This document shows, in pieces, positions 14,686 through 27,850 of a DNA stretch of 64,000 nucleotides. The notes beneath the pieces are model-generated. The model did no database searches. It worked only from the letters and a program-made list of their open reading frames with translations, and had not been told where the DNA came from. Every line of letters begins with the position of its first letter. Position 1 is the first letter of the stretch. Position numbers and translations under genes: made by a program. Source of the DNA: Octopus sinensis (Eukaryota); assembly GCF_006345805.1 (NCBI RefSeq), contig NC_042998.1:34534001-34598000 (forward strand). The letters are read 5' to 3'.

Positions 14686-15649
14686 CATATATATATATGT
14701 GTGTGTGTGTAAATATATATATATATATATGTACACACATACACACACGTATATATACATATATATACACACACACATACATAGAATAAGCTTCTTTCAG
14801 TTTCCACCAATCAAATCCACTCACAAGGTATTGGTTTGCCCAAGACCATAGCAGAAGACACTTGCCCAAGGTGTCACGCAGAAACCGTGTGGTTGTGGAA
14901 ACAGATCTATTACGACACAACCATGTTTGTGCCTTATTATCTGAAATCAGCTCTGACTTATATCAGTTTTAATCAGATGAATCATCACAGACATTTACTG
15001 GAAATGGTGTTAATATCGGAGAACATGGGAAAATGTCTGAATTCACAATTAGCAAACTCACCAGAACATATAAACTACATTGGCTTTGAAAGTTAGCATT
15101 GTTATTATAATTAGTGGGTCTTCTTTGATTGATTTTAATGAAAATACTGAACGTAATTAGAAAGCTTTTAAATATATATTACCCAAAATATCTTAAGTAT
15201 GGTCCTAAATTTTAATCTCCCATGATCAGTTAACATTTATCTTTCCATTAAGACATAGATTTAACAGCATCTCTAATTCAAAGTAGAATTTTGCACTATT
15301 CTACCAACATCTTTGAGACGTATTGCTTTAAAGTTTCCAGAAAGCCTCCTGCTAATCGACACTTCCACATTCGTTTACACTGAATGAAACAAATATTACT
15401 GTTTAATTTATGGCATTCATTCTTAACTTCATTTTGTTTATAAAGGGCAGACCCTATTCCCCACTAAAAGAACGAATAAAGAAAAAGCACAATTTCTTCA
15501 ATATTTGGTTATTACTATCTTCCATCAGCCTTACTCTCTCCATCACTTCTCACTCTTCTCCTCTGGTTCTTTTCCATATACTTCTACTACTTTCACCCCT
15601 TATTTATATCCCTATCTCTTTATCTTTTATTTGTTGCAAACTATCTACT

Positions 15650-15864
15650 TCTCTTCTCTCTTCTCTTCTACTTGTTTCAGTCATTTGACTGTGGCCATGC
15701 TGGAGCACCGCCTTTTAGTCGAGCAAATCGACCTCCAGGACTTATTCTTTGTAAGCCTAGTACTTATTCTCTTGGTCCCTTTGCCAAACCGCTAAGTTAC
15801 GGGGACGTAAACACACCAGCATCGGTTGTCAAGCGATGTTGGGGGGAAAAACACAGACATACAA

Positions 15865-15897
<33 letters not shown>

Positions 15898-16010
15898 CAT
15901 ATATACGACAGGCTTCTTTCAGTTTCCCTCTACCAAATCCACTCACAAGGATTTGGTTGGCCTGAGGCTATAGTAGAAGACACTTGCCCAAGATGCCACG
16001 CAGTGGGACT
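15650..16010 (-). mobile_element. SINE family 1 copy
   Basis: Reverse complement of the 22362-22790 consensus, 5'-truncated. Confidence 0.8.
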
Positions 16011-16669
16011 TCTATTTTATTAATACATCTCTCTCTACTGGATTCAAGCACTTCTATTTACATTTCTTTTTATTTATATTAAAAGTGTCTTACTAACTAA
16101 ATTGTTTCCCATTTGATGATGGGTTAGCCTGCTTACATAATACATCTACTTCATGTATATGTAGGCACATTGCACACATAACTGTTTATAATGTACACCC
16201 GTTCCAGAAACAGCTGTAAAGAACAACCTGCACTTTGCAATCCTTTACTTGAGATATTTTCACTAGTGATTTCCAGGCTTCTTACTAATTTAGGTTGAAC
16301 GAATGTGAAGGACTTCTCAAATTTCATCAATGGCATTACTGAATTTATACCTGGTGGTGAGGGAACACAATGACCTTTTCTTTGTCTGGATTTTCTTGGT
16401 TTTCTGCTAAATTTATGTTTCTTACTCTCTTGTGCATAAATATGTTATAAATGATTTGATACTTTTCAACTGCTTGTCCCGTTTTTCAGTACTTACTTTA
16501 GCTTGACCTTTACATTGCCTTTAGATATTTCCATGGATCCTCTATTCTTTTATTCAATGTTGGATTTTAAACACTTGGTTTGGTCTGAGCACTTATAGTG
16601 TGTAATTTTTGTTATTATGCCATTTTTTGACATTTTCTTACCTATATGCATACACATTTAAATATGTAA

Positions 16670-17330
16670 TAATAATAATAATATATTATTATTATTATTA
16701 TTTTTATTATTATTTCCTTTCAATTTTATTTCCATTTCTTGCCGAGTGTCTTCCCAACACCTAGAGCAAAGAAACTCACTGTATACATTGGTAGGCCATC
16801 AAAATAAATACACCAGATTGTTCATTTACAAAGTCATGTGATTGAAAAAAAGGGGGAAGAAAAACAGTGAGAAAAAGTAAAGAAATAAAAAAATAAAAAA
16901 ATAAACAAATAAAATAAAGGGGCGAAAAAGGGAAAAAAAATTTCCAGCAGCAATGCTCTTCTCAATACATGTGACCAGTTGCCAGTTAAGACAATCTTTT
17001 GCACTTCCTGCATGGATGGTAAACCAGGGATCATTCTTAAATAATTTTCAGTTCCTTTTTTTGATAATTCCAAGCGTTCCTACAATCACTGGTATTGTAA
17101 CTGTCTTGAGATGCTACATCTTTTTGATTTCAATCAGCAAATCTTTATATTTTCTGTGATTATCAAATTGTTTTGCCGAGATATTATGGTCACAGAGTTT
17201 GCTCATGTCAATCAATAAATAGACTTCATTGTTTTGATCTTTCACAATATTTGGTTTATTAACTTTGATGGTGCATTCTGTATTATGCATGAATTCACTT
17301 GAACATTTTTTGCTTTTCTTCATGACAGAA
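16670..17330 (-). mobile_element. R4/Dong-like non-LTR retrotransposon 3' fragment (RLE domain, 3' UTR, (TAA)n tail)
   Basis: TIKVNKPNIV...LLIDMS...NISAKQFD...KYKDLLIEI, then ENYLRMIPGLPSMQEVQKIVLTG..HVLRRAL. (TAA)n at about 16670-16710. Confidence 0.65.
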
Positions 17331-19232
17331 TGAAGCTTTTTATGTCTCCTGTGGTTTTCAACGAGTCTTTATCATCCAATCATTAAATATACAAGATATT
17401 TGGCATCAGATATAGTCATGTTTGATACCAGTGTCGTGTACCTGGCATGTAAAAAGCACCCTTCGAACGTTGGGTGATATGCTGTGAGAAGACCTGTCAA
17501 GCCAAGTAAAATCTTTGTTGTGGCTGGTGACAAAAAGCGCCGTTTGAATTTTGGGCTTCATGAAGGCAATGACAAAGGTCTGAGACCTTTGGCAGAACAC
17601 CATGCTTAAGAAGATCTGTCAAGCCAGGTGAGCTTGTAGTCATGGTCGATACCAGTGTCACATAACTGGTACATTAAAAGCACACACTACAGTCTTGGAG
17701 TGGTTGGTGTTCAGAAGAGCTTCCAGCCATGGAAACCATGCCAAATCAGACTGGAACCTGGTGCAGCTCCCCGGCTTACCAATTCTCAGTCAAACTGTCC
17801 AACCCATGCTGACATGGAAAGCAGACATTCAATGATGAGTGGCTGAGGTGCACAATTATTATTATTATTATTATTATTATCGTTATTATTAAGACAGTGA
17901 GTTAGGCAGACTCATTAGCATGCTGGGAAAAATGCTCAGCAACATTTTGTGTCTTTACATCCTGAGTTCAAATTCCACTGCGGTCAACTTTGCCTTTCAT
18001 CCTTTCGGGGTCTGTAAAATATGTACCAGTTGAACACTGGAGATTGATGTAACCGATTCACCTCCTCTTGACAATTTCAGGCACATGCCTACAGTAGAAA
18101 GGATTATTATTATTATTAGCTGCATATCATTGGTTTGACTATTTTCTTTTATTGTTGCCTTCATTCAAGAACAATAAATTTCATTGGGTGTTAGAGTTCA
18201 AAGAGGTACAATGAACTTAGTCAATGGCTTATTGAATCATTTATGTTTCTAACTTCCCCTGTAATTCCATTGCCATACTCCATTTGACAAATCTATATGT
18301 CATATCTCCACAAATACAATTAACACGGAGTCACTGAGAGCTATTGATTAAAACTTAAATAAAAGCAGTCAAAACAATAGGCTCAGAAAACAAAAACTGA
18401 AAATTACACTTGTTGTATGTTTGTTTTGACATTTAATATAAAGAAAAACATATTTAATATAAAGGAAAAATATTTATTTGAGTTTTTCCACATTTTTATC
18501 CTCGTTTTTGTTGTTAGGTTTATTTTTTTAATATCTTTTATATGCATCTCCATTAATGCCTGACTTTCTACTGCGTTTCTCTCTCTCTTTCGCCCATTAT
18601 TGTATTGTTATTAATACAAGGGAATGATTTCAGCTTAAAGCGTTCTTAGTCTGCTTTCCCGTATGAACTCTATAATTCTACGTGTCAAGGAAATCTTATC
18701 AAAAAATGAAGTAATGTTGACAATCTAGTAATTACATGAGAGACAATGGTTAATATCTGTATTGGTATTAACAAATCTCTTTTCTACAGGTTTATGAAAT
18801 AATACTGTGTTGATTACTTCTGACTATGCTCAAGGCCAGTTCTTGTAGAGGAGGGAAAGAAGAGAACTTAGTGCGTTACTGGTACTCTTGGCATTGACCT
18901 GGATGATATGGAACGCAGTGGCAGCCGGAGTAGGATTTGAACATATGCAGAAGAATGAAGCTACATGTAATAGACATTATCATGATGGGTCTAAGTTTGC
19001 GAGTCTAAAATATGTATTATGTATTATGGTGCCATGTAAAAAGCACCCAGTCCGCTCTGTAAAGTGGTTGGTGCTAGGAAGGGCATCCAGCTGTGAAAAG
19101 CCATGCCAAAACAGACAACTGGAGTCTGGTGCAGCTCCCAACCCACCCCACCCACCGCTTACCAGCCCTGGTCAAACCGTCCAACTCATGCCAGCATAGA
19201 AAATGGACGTTAAATGAAGATGATGATGTGTA

Positions 19233-19890
19233 ATGTCAGTGTGCGCACACGACAGTGTAAGTGCCCTCTGTGAAGTGTTGGACATAAGAAGCATCGGATG
19301 TGGAGTGCAAGAGAGACGTTTGCATTGGTATGGTCATGTACTATGGATGGATGAGGAGAGCTGTGTTAAGAAGTGCCACTCCCAAACAGTGGAAGGAATC
19401 TGGGGTAGAGGGAGACCCAAGAAGACATGGGATGAGGTGGTTGAAGCATGACCTTCGAACATTGGGCCTCACATAGGTAATGATGAAAGACTGAGACCTC
19501 TGGAGATATGCTGTGACTGCAAAGACCTGACGAATAAAGTGAGTTCACAGCTGTAACCTACACCAGTGTTGCATAATCAGCCGACTCAAAAGTACCTTGG
19601 ATCGTAGGGCGACACAATCTGTACTTGAGGAGACCTATTGAGTCAAGTACATCAAGACCAGCAATATCAAAATCAAAATCAAATGGAAATTGTAGTTGTG
19701 GTCCTCGTGTTAGTGGCACATAAAAAGCACCACCCGAATGTGGCCAATGCCAGCACCACCTTGACTGGCTCCTGTGCCGGCAGCACGTAAAAAGCATCAT
19801 CCAATCATAGTCGATGCCAGTCCTCTCTGGCCCCTGTGCCGGTGGAAAATGGCATGGAAAACAGACGTTAAACGATGATGATGATGATGA
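19233..19890 (+). mobile_element. RTE-clade LINE 3' end: ORF C-terminus, 3' UTR and (GAT)n tail
   Basis: ORF ...QERRLHWYGHVLWMDEESCVKKCHSQTVEGIWGRGRPKKTWDEVV (RLxWYGHV and GRPKKTW motifs), contiguous with the ggcacataaaaagcac repeat family and a gatgatgat tail. Confidence 0.8.
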
Positions 19891-20404
19891 TCATCATCAT
19901 TGTCATCATCATTTTAAGGGGTTGTATTGGATCTAATTTAGAAACAGCAATCAGTTTTATTCTCTGGATAAGAAAATGGACAGCAACTGTGGATACGTCG
20001 AGTTATTCTCCATTATTATTTAGCTTCTCTGGGATTTTAGTTCCTTGAAAATAATCAGATTTTCTGAAATTAGACAACGTTCATATCTGAAGCAAATTTC
20101 TTTTATCTTTCATTCATTCGTTCAATCACTCAACTTTCAGCCACATTCGAAAGCTGTGTCGCTTACTTTCACTTCTGCTCTGCTCTGTCTTCAATGTTGT
20201 CTGGTTAGCCTCAGGCTGTGCATAGCTATACATGTGCAAATGAGAACATGTATAGTGTAATGTGACTGCTACATGTCTTAGAGGTTGTGAAAAGAGTCTG
20301 GTGTTTGAGAATCACCTTCCATGATAGTTTTGTTTGTGTGTTGCAATGTATGTATGGGAAATGTGAAGTTTCATGTGTGTGTGTGGGGGGGTTGTGTATA
20401 TGTG

Positions 20405-20660
20405 TGTCATTGTAGTGGTTAAGAGTGCGGGCTACTAACCCCAAGATTCCGAGTTCGAATCCAGGCAGTGACCTGAATAATAATAATAATAATGATAATA
20501 ATAATAACAATAACAACATCGAAAAATAGCTTAGGAATGAGAATCCAGGTTCAAAATTTCCCCCAAGACACCTGATGAAGGCTGGAGCATATATCAGCCG
20601 AAGCGTGTTAACAACAAACAAAACGAGGACAAATATCCGTCAAATGTAAATAATGTTAGA
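20405..20660 (+). mobile_element. Penelope 3' module copy (tRNA-like head, (TAA)n, hammerhead-like core)
   Basis: Same sequence as the 3' UTR of the 32395-32985 element. CTGATGA at 20572, stem ggctg/cagcc; the GAAAC part is mutated. Confidence 0.7.
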
Positions 20661-22329
20661 TATGATTGTCTTCATTTTTCTTATGTTACTTTTCTTACTG
20701 GTTTCAGCCAGAGTGGTCCACGGTGTCCTGAAATAATTAACTAAAAGACTTTTCCAGGTGGTGCTATTGAGTTAGTCATGGCCAAAACCAATCTAAGTTT
20801 TTATAATCAGAGACGTTTTGCTCTTGACTATTCTGCCTTATGCTTTTTATAAGTAGTGTATCCAATGTGTTATTCTTTTCCTTTCAAGGTGATGCTGTTT
20901 GATTTGAAAGGAAGTTGGCTGCCATTGCTAGCTGATCAAACATCTCTAAGTAGTTTCCTCATTTGCTGAGGCTTATAGCCTTTGGAAGTGGTTGTGGTTA
21001 TATTTATTGCATTCCTCAAACCAGGACACTTCATCTTACAGCGTATCCAGCAGCAATATTGGATTTTATTTATGGGGATTAAATGGTGCATGTATTTCTA
21101 TTACATGTGTGTGAAACATATTTGACAGAGAAAAAGAGAGAGAGAGAGAGAGAGTAAGCCATTTATGTAGCATCTTATATTTTAGCATCTACCTTTCCAT
21201 GCTTGTATAGCCATGGCAAAATTTGGTGAGGCAGATTTTCTACAATCAGATGTTCACCCTGTTTCCAATTCGTGTCCAAGCTAAGTAATATTTCCTCCAG
21301 CCCTTGAACATGAACAGCACAATGGCCTGACATGTTTTCTCTGCAGATTGCAAACAAACAATACTACTTATATTTCAATGACATTTCTTTACACTTGTCT
21401 TATGATGTGAAGACAAAGAAATACATATACACACACATATATATATGTATATACATACAAATTCAGATATATATATATACATATATACACATATGTACAT
21501 ATACATACATATGTGTGTATGTGTGTGTGTATATATATATATATACATACATAGGGTGTATAGGGTATATATATAATGTATAAAGAAAGGAAAAAAATTA
21601 TATAGGTGTAGACGATCTTTGGTACAAATCCAATATAAATTCTACAAATTGTATTGGAATTTAATTAATTCCAAAGGCAAAAACGAAAAACTTTTCTTGA
21701 AATAAAAATTAGATTCTTCATCAGGTATGAATAATTACAACCAACTAAAAATATGAAAATACCTTTTATAGCGCAGGCAGGAACAAACAATCAAATAATG
21801 ATAGAAGGAAAATTACCAGACTGCCAACCATTCAAAACAAGAGCAAAAAAAATATTGTACATATATATTCTTTACTTTGATTGTACAAGTGGACTTGGAT
21901 GTTTGACATCCCTTTGAAGGGATTTTTATATTCTATGATCGAATGCTACGCATCCATTTCCGAGTTTGACATATATATCATAATCATCATCATCATCGTT
22001 TAATGTCCGCTTTCCATGCTGGCATGAGTTGGATGGTTTCACTGAGAACTGGTGAGCCAGAGGCTGCACCAGGTTCGATTTGATCTGGCAGAGTTTCTAC
22101 AGCTGGATGCCCTTCCTAACGCCAACCACTCCGAGAGTTAGTAGGTGCCTTTATATGTCACCGGCATGAGAGCCAGTCAGGCAGTTCTGGCAACGACCAT
22201 GCTGGAAAGCTTGAATGTTGTTTTCCACGTGCCACCAGTACATGTGCCAGTAAGGTGATGCTGGCAACGATCACACTTGAATGGTGCTTTTCTCATGTCA
22301 CCGGCATGGGAGCCAATCCATGGGCCTGG

Positions 22330-22361
<32 letters not shown>

Positions 22362-22364
<3 letters not shown>

Positions 22365-22790
22365 CGCAGGAGTGGCTGTGTGGTAAGTAGCTTGCTAACC
22401 AACCACATGTTCCGGGTTCAGTCCCACAGTGTGGCATCTTGGGCAAGTGTCTTCTGCTATAGCCCCGGGCCGACCAATGCCTTGTGAGTGGATTTGGTAG
22501 GCGGAAACTGAAAGAAGCCTGTCATATATATGTATATATATATATATATATGTATGTATGTGTGTGTGTGTTTGTGTGTCTGTGTTTGTCCCCCTAGCAT
22601 TGCTTGACAACCGATGCTGGTGTGTTTACGTCCCTGTCACTTCGCAGTTTGGCAAAAGAGACCGGTAGAATAAGTACTGGGCTTACAAAGAATAAGTCCC
22701 GGGGTCGATTTGCTCGACTAAAGGCGGTGCTCCAGCATGGCCACAGTCAAATGACTGAAACAAGTAAAAGAGTAAAAGAGTATATATATA
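22362..22790 (+). mobile_element. tRNA-derived SINE family 1, full-length representative (about 20 full or partial copies in the window)
   Basis: A-box-like tggctgtgtggtaag, B-box-like ggttcagtccc, ccttgggcaagtgtctt, internal (AT)/(GT) microsatellite, 3' gtcaaatgactgaaacaagtaaaagag. Confidence 0.85.
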
Positions 22791-23419
22791 TATATATATA
22801 TAGTGAGGTATACTGAACCTCTCTTTTTTAACTGGTGAATGTGCTAAGATCACTGCTTGATAGGTTTTTGAGTTTTGCATTCAATGATTTGATAAGAATC
22901 GAGAGCTTTTGTTTTTAAAACACCTAAGATTATGATTGTGTGACCAATCCATAACAGCATGGAAAAGTTAAAAAGTATCATTAAACAAAAGAACATTCAA
23001 GAAAGGAAATTTGTGAATATATAGCACCATCTTTCCTTCTCTCTGTCTTTTACAGCATTGGTTTTCTTCTCGTATATTTCTCTCCTTTCGTTGCTTGTTC
23101 CTTAGAATCTAAAATGTCCTGTTTAACCTTTTAGCATTCAGGTTTCTCTTGTTTATTCGGTTTTGAAATAATCACGCATTATTTTCGAGCTCTGAGATTT
23201 CAATGATGGAAATTGTTTTTTTAGAATGACATTATAGGATAGGTTGTGAGAGACTAAATCTAGCCACTTTGAACATAAAAGTGGCAGAACTCTTTGACAG
23301 AATGGAAACAAGAGACAAGAACTAGAAATGAAGACTGACTTCTGACTTGCATAATGGAAAAATGTGACAGATTTGTATTGGATGATATTACAACAAAAAT
23401 TAAAGAATACAGTTCTATA

Positions 23420-24030
23420 TTTAAGAGATGAGGAATTACGTTCATTATTTACATTTGATGGATATTTGTTATTACATCTTATTACGGAGATGTACTTGCA
23501 TAGCAAGTGACCTGATCTGAGATCGTGTGCTGGAACGAAAACAATTGCAGCGTGGAAAGTGTTTATAAGCCATTTAAGAAACACACAAAAACCGTTAGAT
23601 TCACTTCAACATTTAAATTTCTCATCTTGTTTGTTGTTAACGCAACGTTTCAGCTGGTATAGCCTCCAGCTTTAATCAGGTGTCTTGGGGAAATTTCGAA
23701 CCTGGGTTCTCATTCCTAAGGTATATTTCAATGTTATTATTATTATTATTATTATTATTTAGATATACCCACGAGCATATGGCATAGTGATTAAGAGTGC
23801 GGATTACTAACCCCAAGATTCCGCGTTCGATTCCAGGCAGTGACCTTAATAATAATAACAACAATAATAATAATAATAATAACATCGAAAATTACCTTAG
23901 GAATGAGAACCCAGGTTAGAAAATTTCCCCAAGACACCTGATGAAGGCTGGAGAGTATATCAGCCGAGACGTTGTGTTAACAACAAACAAGATGAGGACA
24001 AATATCCGTCAAATGTAAATAATGTAAAAA
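23420..24030. mobile_element. Head-to-head inverted pair of Penelope 3' modules, with a second repeat nested at about 23485-23620
   Basis: Minus copy at about 23620-23760 and plus copy at about 23770-24030. The nested gagatgtacttgcatagcaagtgacc...acatttaaattt repeat also occurs at 44290-44430. Confidence 0.7.
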
Positions 24031-25344
24031 TTAAAGAATCCACAATCAAATATAATACAATGCAAGCAAGCATATATAAATCATATCCGACAACAGATTT
24101 GTATTGGCTGCTATTTCTAGTAGGTTGTGCAACCATGTAGAGATCTCCTCGTTGTCTGGTTATCAATGTTTTGTGTCTGTATGAGTTGCACTGCAAGTAG
24201 TAAGATGCCTTACTGTGTTTTTGGATTGTGTCTGTTTGTCTTTCTATTATCTTACACTTGTTCCTGGCATTAGGCTGCGGCCATGCTGGGGCACCGCCTT
24301 GAAGAATTTTTAACTGAATGAATCGACCTCACTACTTATTGTATTTTTGGTTCTTATTCTGTCAGTTTCTTTTGTTGAACTGCTAAGTTATGGGGATGTA
24401 AACACACCAATACCTATTTCTTTACTACCCACAAGGGGCTAAACACAGAGAGGACAAACAAGGACAGACAAACGGATTAAGTCGATTATATCGACCCCAG
24501 TGAGTAACTGGTACTTATTTAATCGACCCCGAAAGGATGAAAGGCAAAGTCGACCTCGGCGGAATTTGAACTCAGAACGTAGCACAGTTGTCAAGCGGTG
24601 GTGGGGATAAATGCAGACACACACACACATATACAACGGGCTTCTTTCAGCTTTCGTCTACCAAATCGACTCACAAAGCTTTGGTCTGGCCAAGTAAAAG
24701 ACACTTGCTCAAGGTGCCACACAGTGGGACCGAACCCAGAACCATGCGGTTGAGAAGCAAATTTCTTACCAAACAGCCACACCTGCACCTATTGTATACT
24801 TGAAATGATGAGCAATTAAAATTCTTATATTTCACGAGGTTGTTTTGTGTACCTGTGTTTGTGTGTGTGTGTATATGTGCACACACGTGTGTGTACATGC
24901 ATGTGTGTCCTTGCCATTATCGTTTTCCCATCCACTTTCCCATGCTAAGACGGGTTGGGTATGTCTATTCCAGTACAGCATCCCACCATTTGTTGTGTTC
25001 CTTTGCCATCTCCTTTGCGGAGTTCAGCATCCCAAGATCAGCGTTCATCCACCATACAACTACTTTTATGAGCTTCCACCATTCAACATCTTCGAAATCT
25101 TGACATCACATTCTAATTGATTTCACCTGTGAACATTGATTAGCTTAACTGAATAACAAATTTCAGTGAATGATTAGTGAAATGTGTAATAGCTAATTTA
25201 TACTTACAATTACTATTACTTGCACCTGTGTTTGAAGTGAGGGATATTTCACCATTTCTTCAAAGAGTTTAATGAGCATGCAGATTGTTAATTTTTAAAT
25301 GATCATCATCATTATCATCATCATCCAGTTTCATCGGAGCCTTG

Positions 25345-25515
25345 TGCAGCTCCTGGCCTTGCTAGCTCCTGGCCTTGCTAGCCTCTGGTCTTGCTACTCC
25401 TGGCCTTGCCAGCTCCTGGCCTTGCTAGCTCCTAGCCTTGCCAGCTCCTGGCCTTGCCGGCTCCTGGCCTTGCCAACTCGTGGCCTTGCCGGCTCCTGGC
25501 CTTGCCAGCTCCTGT
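25345..25515 (+). repeat. About 16-bp minisatellite (gctcctggccttgcca) within an RTE 3'-UTR fragment
   Basis: About 10 imperfect units directly upstream of the tcaaactgtccaactcatgccag tail sequence. Confidence 0.85.
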
Positions 25516-26687
25516 CAAACTGTCCAACTCATGCCAGTATGGAACACAGTTGTTAAATGATGGTGGTGGTGTTGATGGTCCACACCTAAAGTAAGGCCAT
25601 CCAACTGACTGGTATGAAGTCTCTCGCACCACTGACACGCTGCTTCCTGCCTCAGCTGTAACCCTTGTCCCTCAGAGTTGAGTGGCCTTGTGTCTGCTTC
25701 ATTTAGACACTTTCAGCTCATTAATTTATCGTTAAGTCTTTTCATTTTTTCACCCTGAATTAGTGACTACTTCCCACCCCTTCAATCATGTTTACTTCTA
25801 GAAGTCTCTAAACAACCAAATTCTTCCTCTTGTTACCTAATTATAGCTTTCCAAAAATGCATTAGTTGTTGCTCGTCCTTCTCTGTTTTTCTCCTTTCTC
25901 AGAATATTGATCTTCTTGAATTCCATCATTGCATGTGTTTCTCCTGCAGCCATTGGCTTGCAACTTTTCATAAAGTTAAGTGCATTCATTTCAGTGGTCT
26001 TAATGAGTTTTCAAACATCAATGAAAACAATCTCTTCCTCCAGAATGAAATAAAATTTGTCCCTGAAGAGATGTCAATCTTACTCTGGTAATATCTCCTG
26101 AAAATCTGATGTTTTCTGAACATTTTGGCAAATTGAAATATTCTGGCCAAAAGCACCATGTTTAAATAACTATGGCAGAAATATAGCCAAGATCTGTGAT
26201 TTGTCTACACCCAACCATCCCAAGAAATGTTGACTTGTGTTATTCAAGTTTTATAAAAATTTCCTTTAATTAGGAACAACGACCATTTTTATAGACAAGA
26301 AAATGTCATTAGATAAATCAGCAGCAGCAGCATAGAGCATAGGTGTGACTGTGTGGTTAAAATTTTCAGTCTGCAACTCCAAGGGTGTGGGTTCAATCCT
26401 ACTGTGTGACATCTTGAGAAGGTACTTTTTATCAATGCTTCACATCAACCAAGCTGTGCGAATGAAATTTGGTAAACAGATGATGCAGAGGACCATCATA
26501 AGAATTGTTCCTATTCTTTGGGATCCCTTGCTCAGTTTAACCCTTTTGTTACCACATTTGGGCAGATGTATATTAGAACCAGTTGGAAGGATGTGCATTG
26601 AAGGAAATTTTGGCTATTATTTCTAGCATATAAAGTGACCGCACTGATGTCTCTTTCTCTCATGTCTTCTGCTGATTATTTTTCTTC

Positions 26688-27656
26688 TTAACTCTTTTGT
26701 TACCATATTTCTGTTGAGATGCTCTGTGTTTCTTTCAGTTAATTTTAAATATAACAAAGAATTTAGTAAAATAACTTAGTTATCATTCAGTTAGTGTTAG
26801 GAACATAAATTGTGACTACGGTTTGGTGGAAGATTTTAATTCAGAACTTTTGAAAACAAAACATCTGTACTACAGAGCCAGAGGTGGTTTCAGTCAGGTT
26901 GGTACCAAAAGGGTTAAATGCTAAAGTGTTAATCCCTCAACCTGCACAAAGGCACCTCCTTCAGTACTTTTCCATCTCCCAGCTGAGGGCTTTTTGTCTT
27001 GCAATTTACTTGGTGCCACAAACAAAGCACCAGTGTTAATGCCAGTGTTAACACCCAGTGCACTCCTTAACCCTTTCGTTACTGTATTTATTTTGAGATG
27101 CTTTGTGTTTCTTTCAACTAATTTTAAATATAACAAAGAATTTAGTAAAATAACTTAGTTATCATTCAGTTAGTGTTAGGAACACAAATTGTGACTAAGG
27201 TTTGGCGGAAGATTTTAATTCAGAATTTTTGAAAACAAGACGTTTGTTCTACAAAGCTAGAGGTGGTTTCAGCCGGGTTAAGAATTGTGTCTCTATTATA
27301 TATTTTAACCCTTTTGTTACCACATTTCTGTTGAGATGCTCTGTGTTTCTTTCAAGTACTTTAAATATAACAAAGAATTTAGTAAAATAACTTAGTTATC
27401 ATTCAGCTAGTGTTAGGAACATAAATTGTGACTAAGGTTTGGTGAAAAATTTTATTCCAAAACTTATGAAAGCAAGACATTTGCACTATAGAGCCAGAGG
27501 TGGTTTCAGTCATGTTGGTATCAAAAGGGTTAGGAATTGTTTCTCTATTATATATTTTAACCCTTTCTTTACCACATTTCTGTTGAGATGCTGTGTTTCT
27601 TTCAATTACTTTAACAAAGAATTTAGTTTCTACCAGGTTGGTAGTGAAAGGGTTAA
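26688..27656. mobile_element. Cluster of four piggyBac-type MITE copies
   Basis: TTAA|CCCTTT.GTTAC ... GTA.C.AAAGGG|TTAA termini. Copies at 26688-26917, 27067-27281, 27305-27533 and 27557-27656 (deleted); partial copies at about 26538 and 45672-45790. Confidence 0.65.
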
Positions 27657-27787
27657 TGTCGCCATCTTCCTCTTAGGAACCTTTCGCACAGTCCACTCTG
27701 TTGCGAGTATTTTGGTAAAGTCTTTGGGCTGTCTGAGGATAATGCTCACTTTCCTAACATCATTCTCTGGCCTTCTTTCAATATATC

Positions 27788-27850
<63 letters not shown>

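Noticed and set aside
15025-15092. MGKCLNSQLANSPEHINYIGFE as the NCS first exon
   Set aside because: Only MGK..NS.L resembles the family N-terminus; the donor is weak (gttagc) and the linking phase 1-to-2 exon was not found.
18790-18990. Acceptor-like tttctacAG followed by ORF 18888-19199
   Set aside because: Stops in all frames right after the acceptor; the ORF runs into RTE UTR sequence.
20405-20475. tRNA-Ser-like sequence as a tRNA gene; the same applies to the SINE heads
   Set aside because: Acceptor and anticodon stems do not pair properly and all copies are parts of mobile elements.
23240-23325. CERLNLATLNIKVAELFDRMETRDKN as an EF-hand-like exon
   Set aside because: In-frame stop, no donor, and no valid EF-loop pattern.
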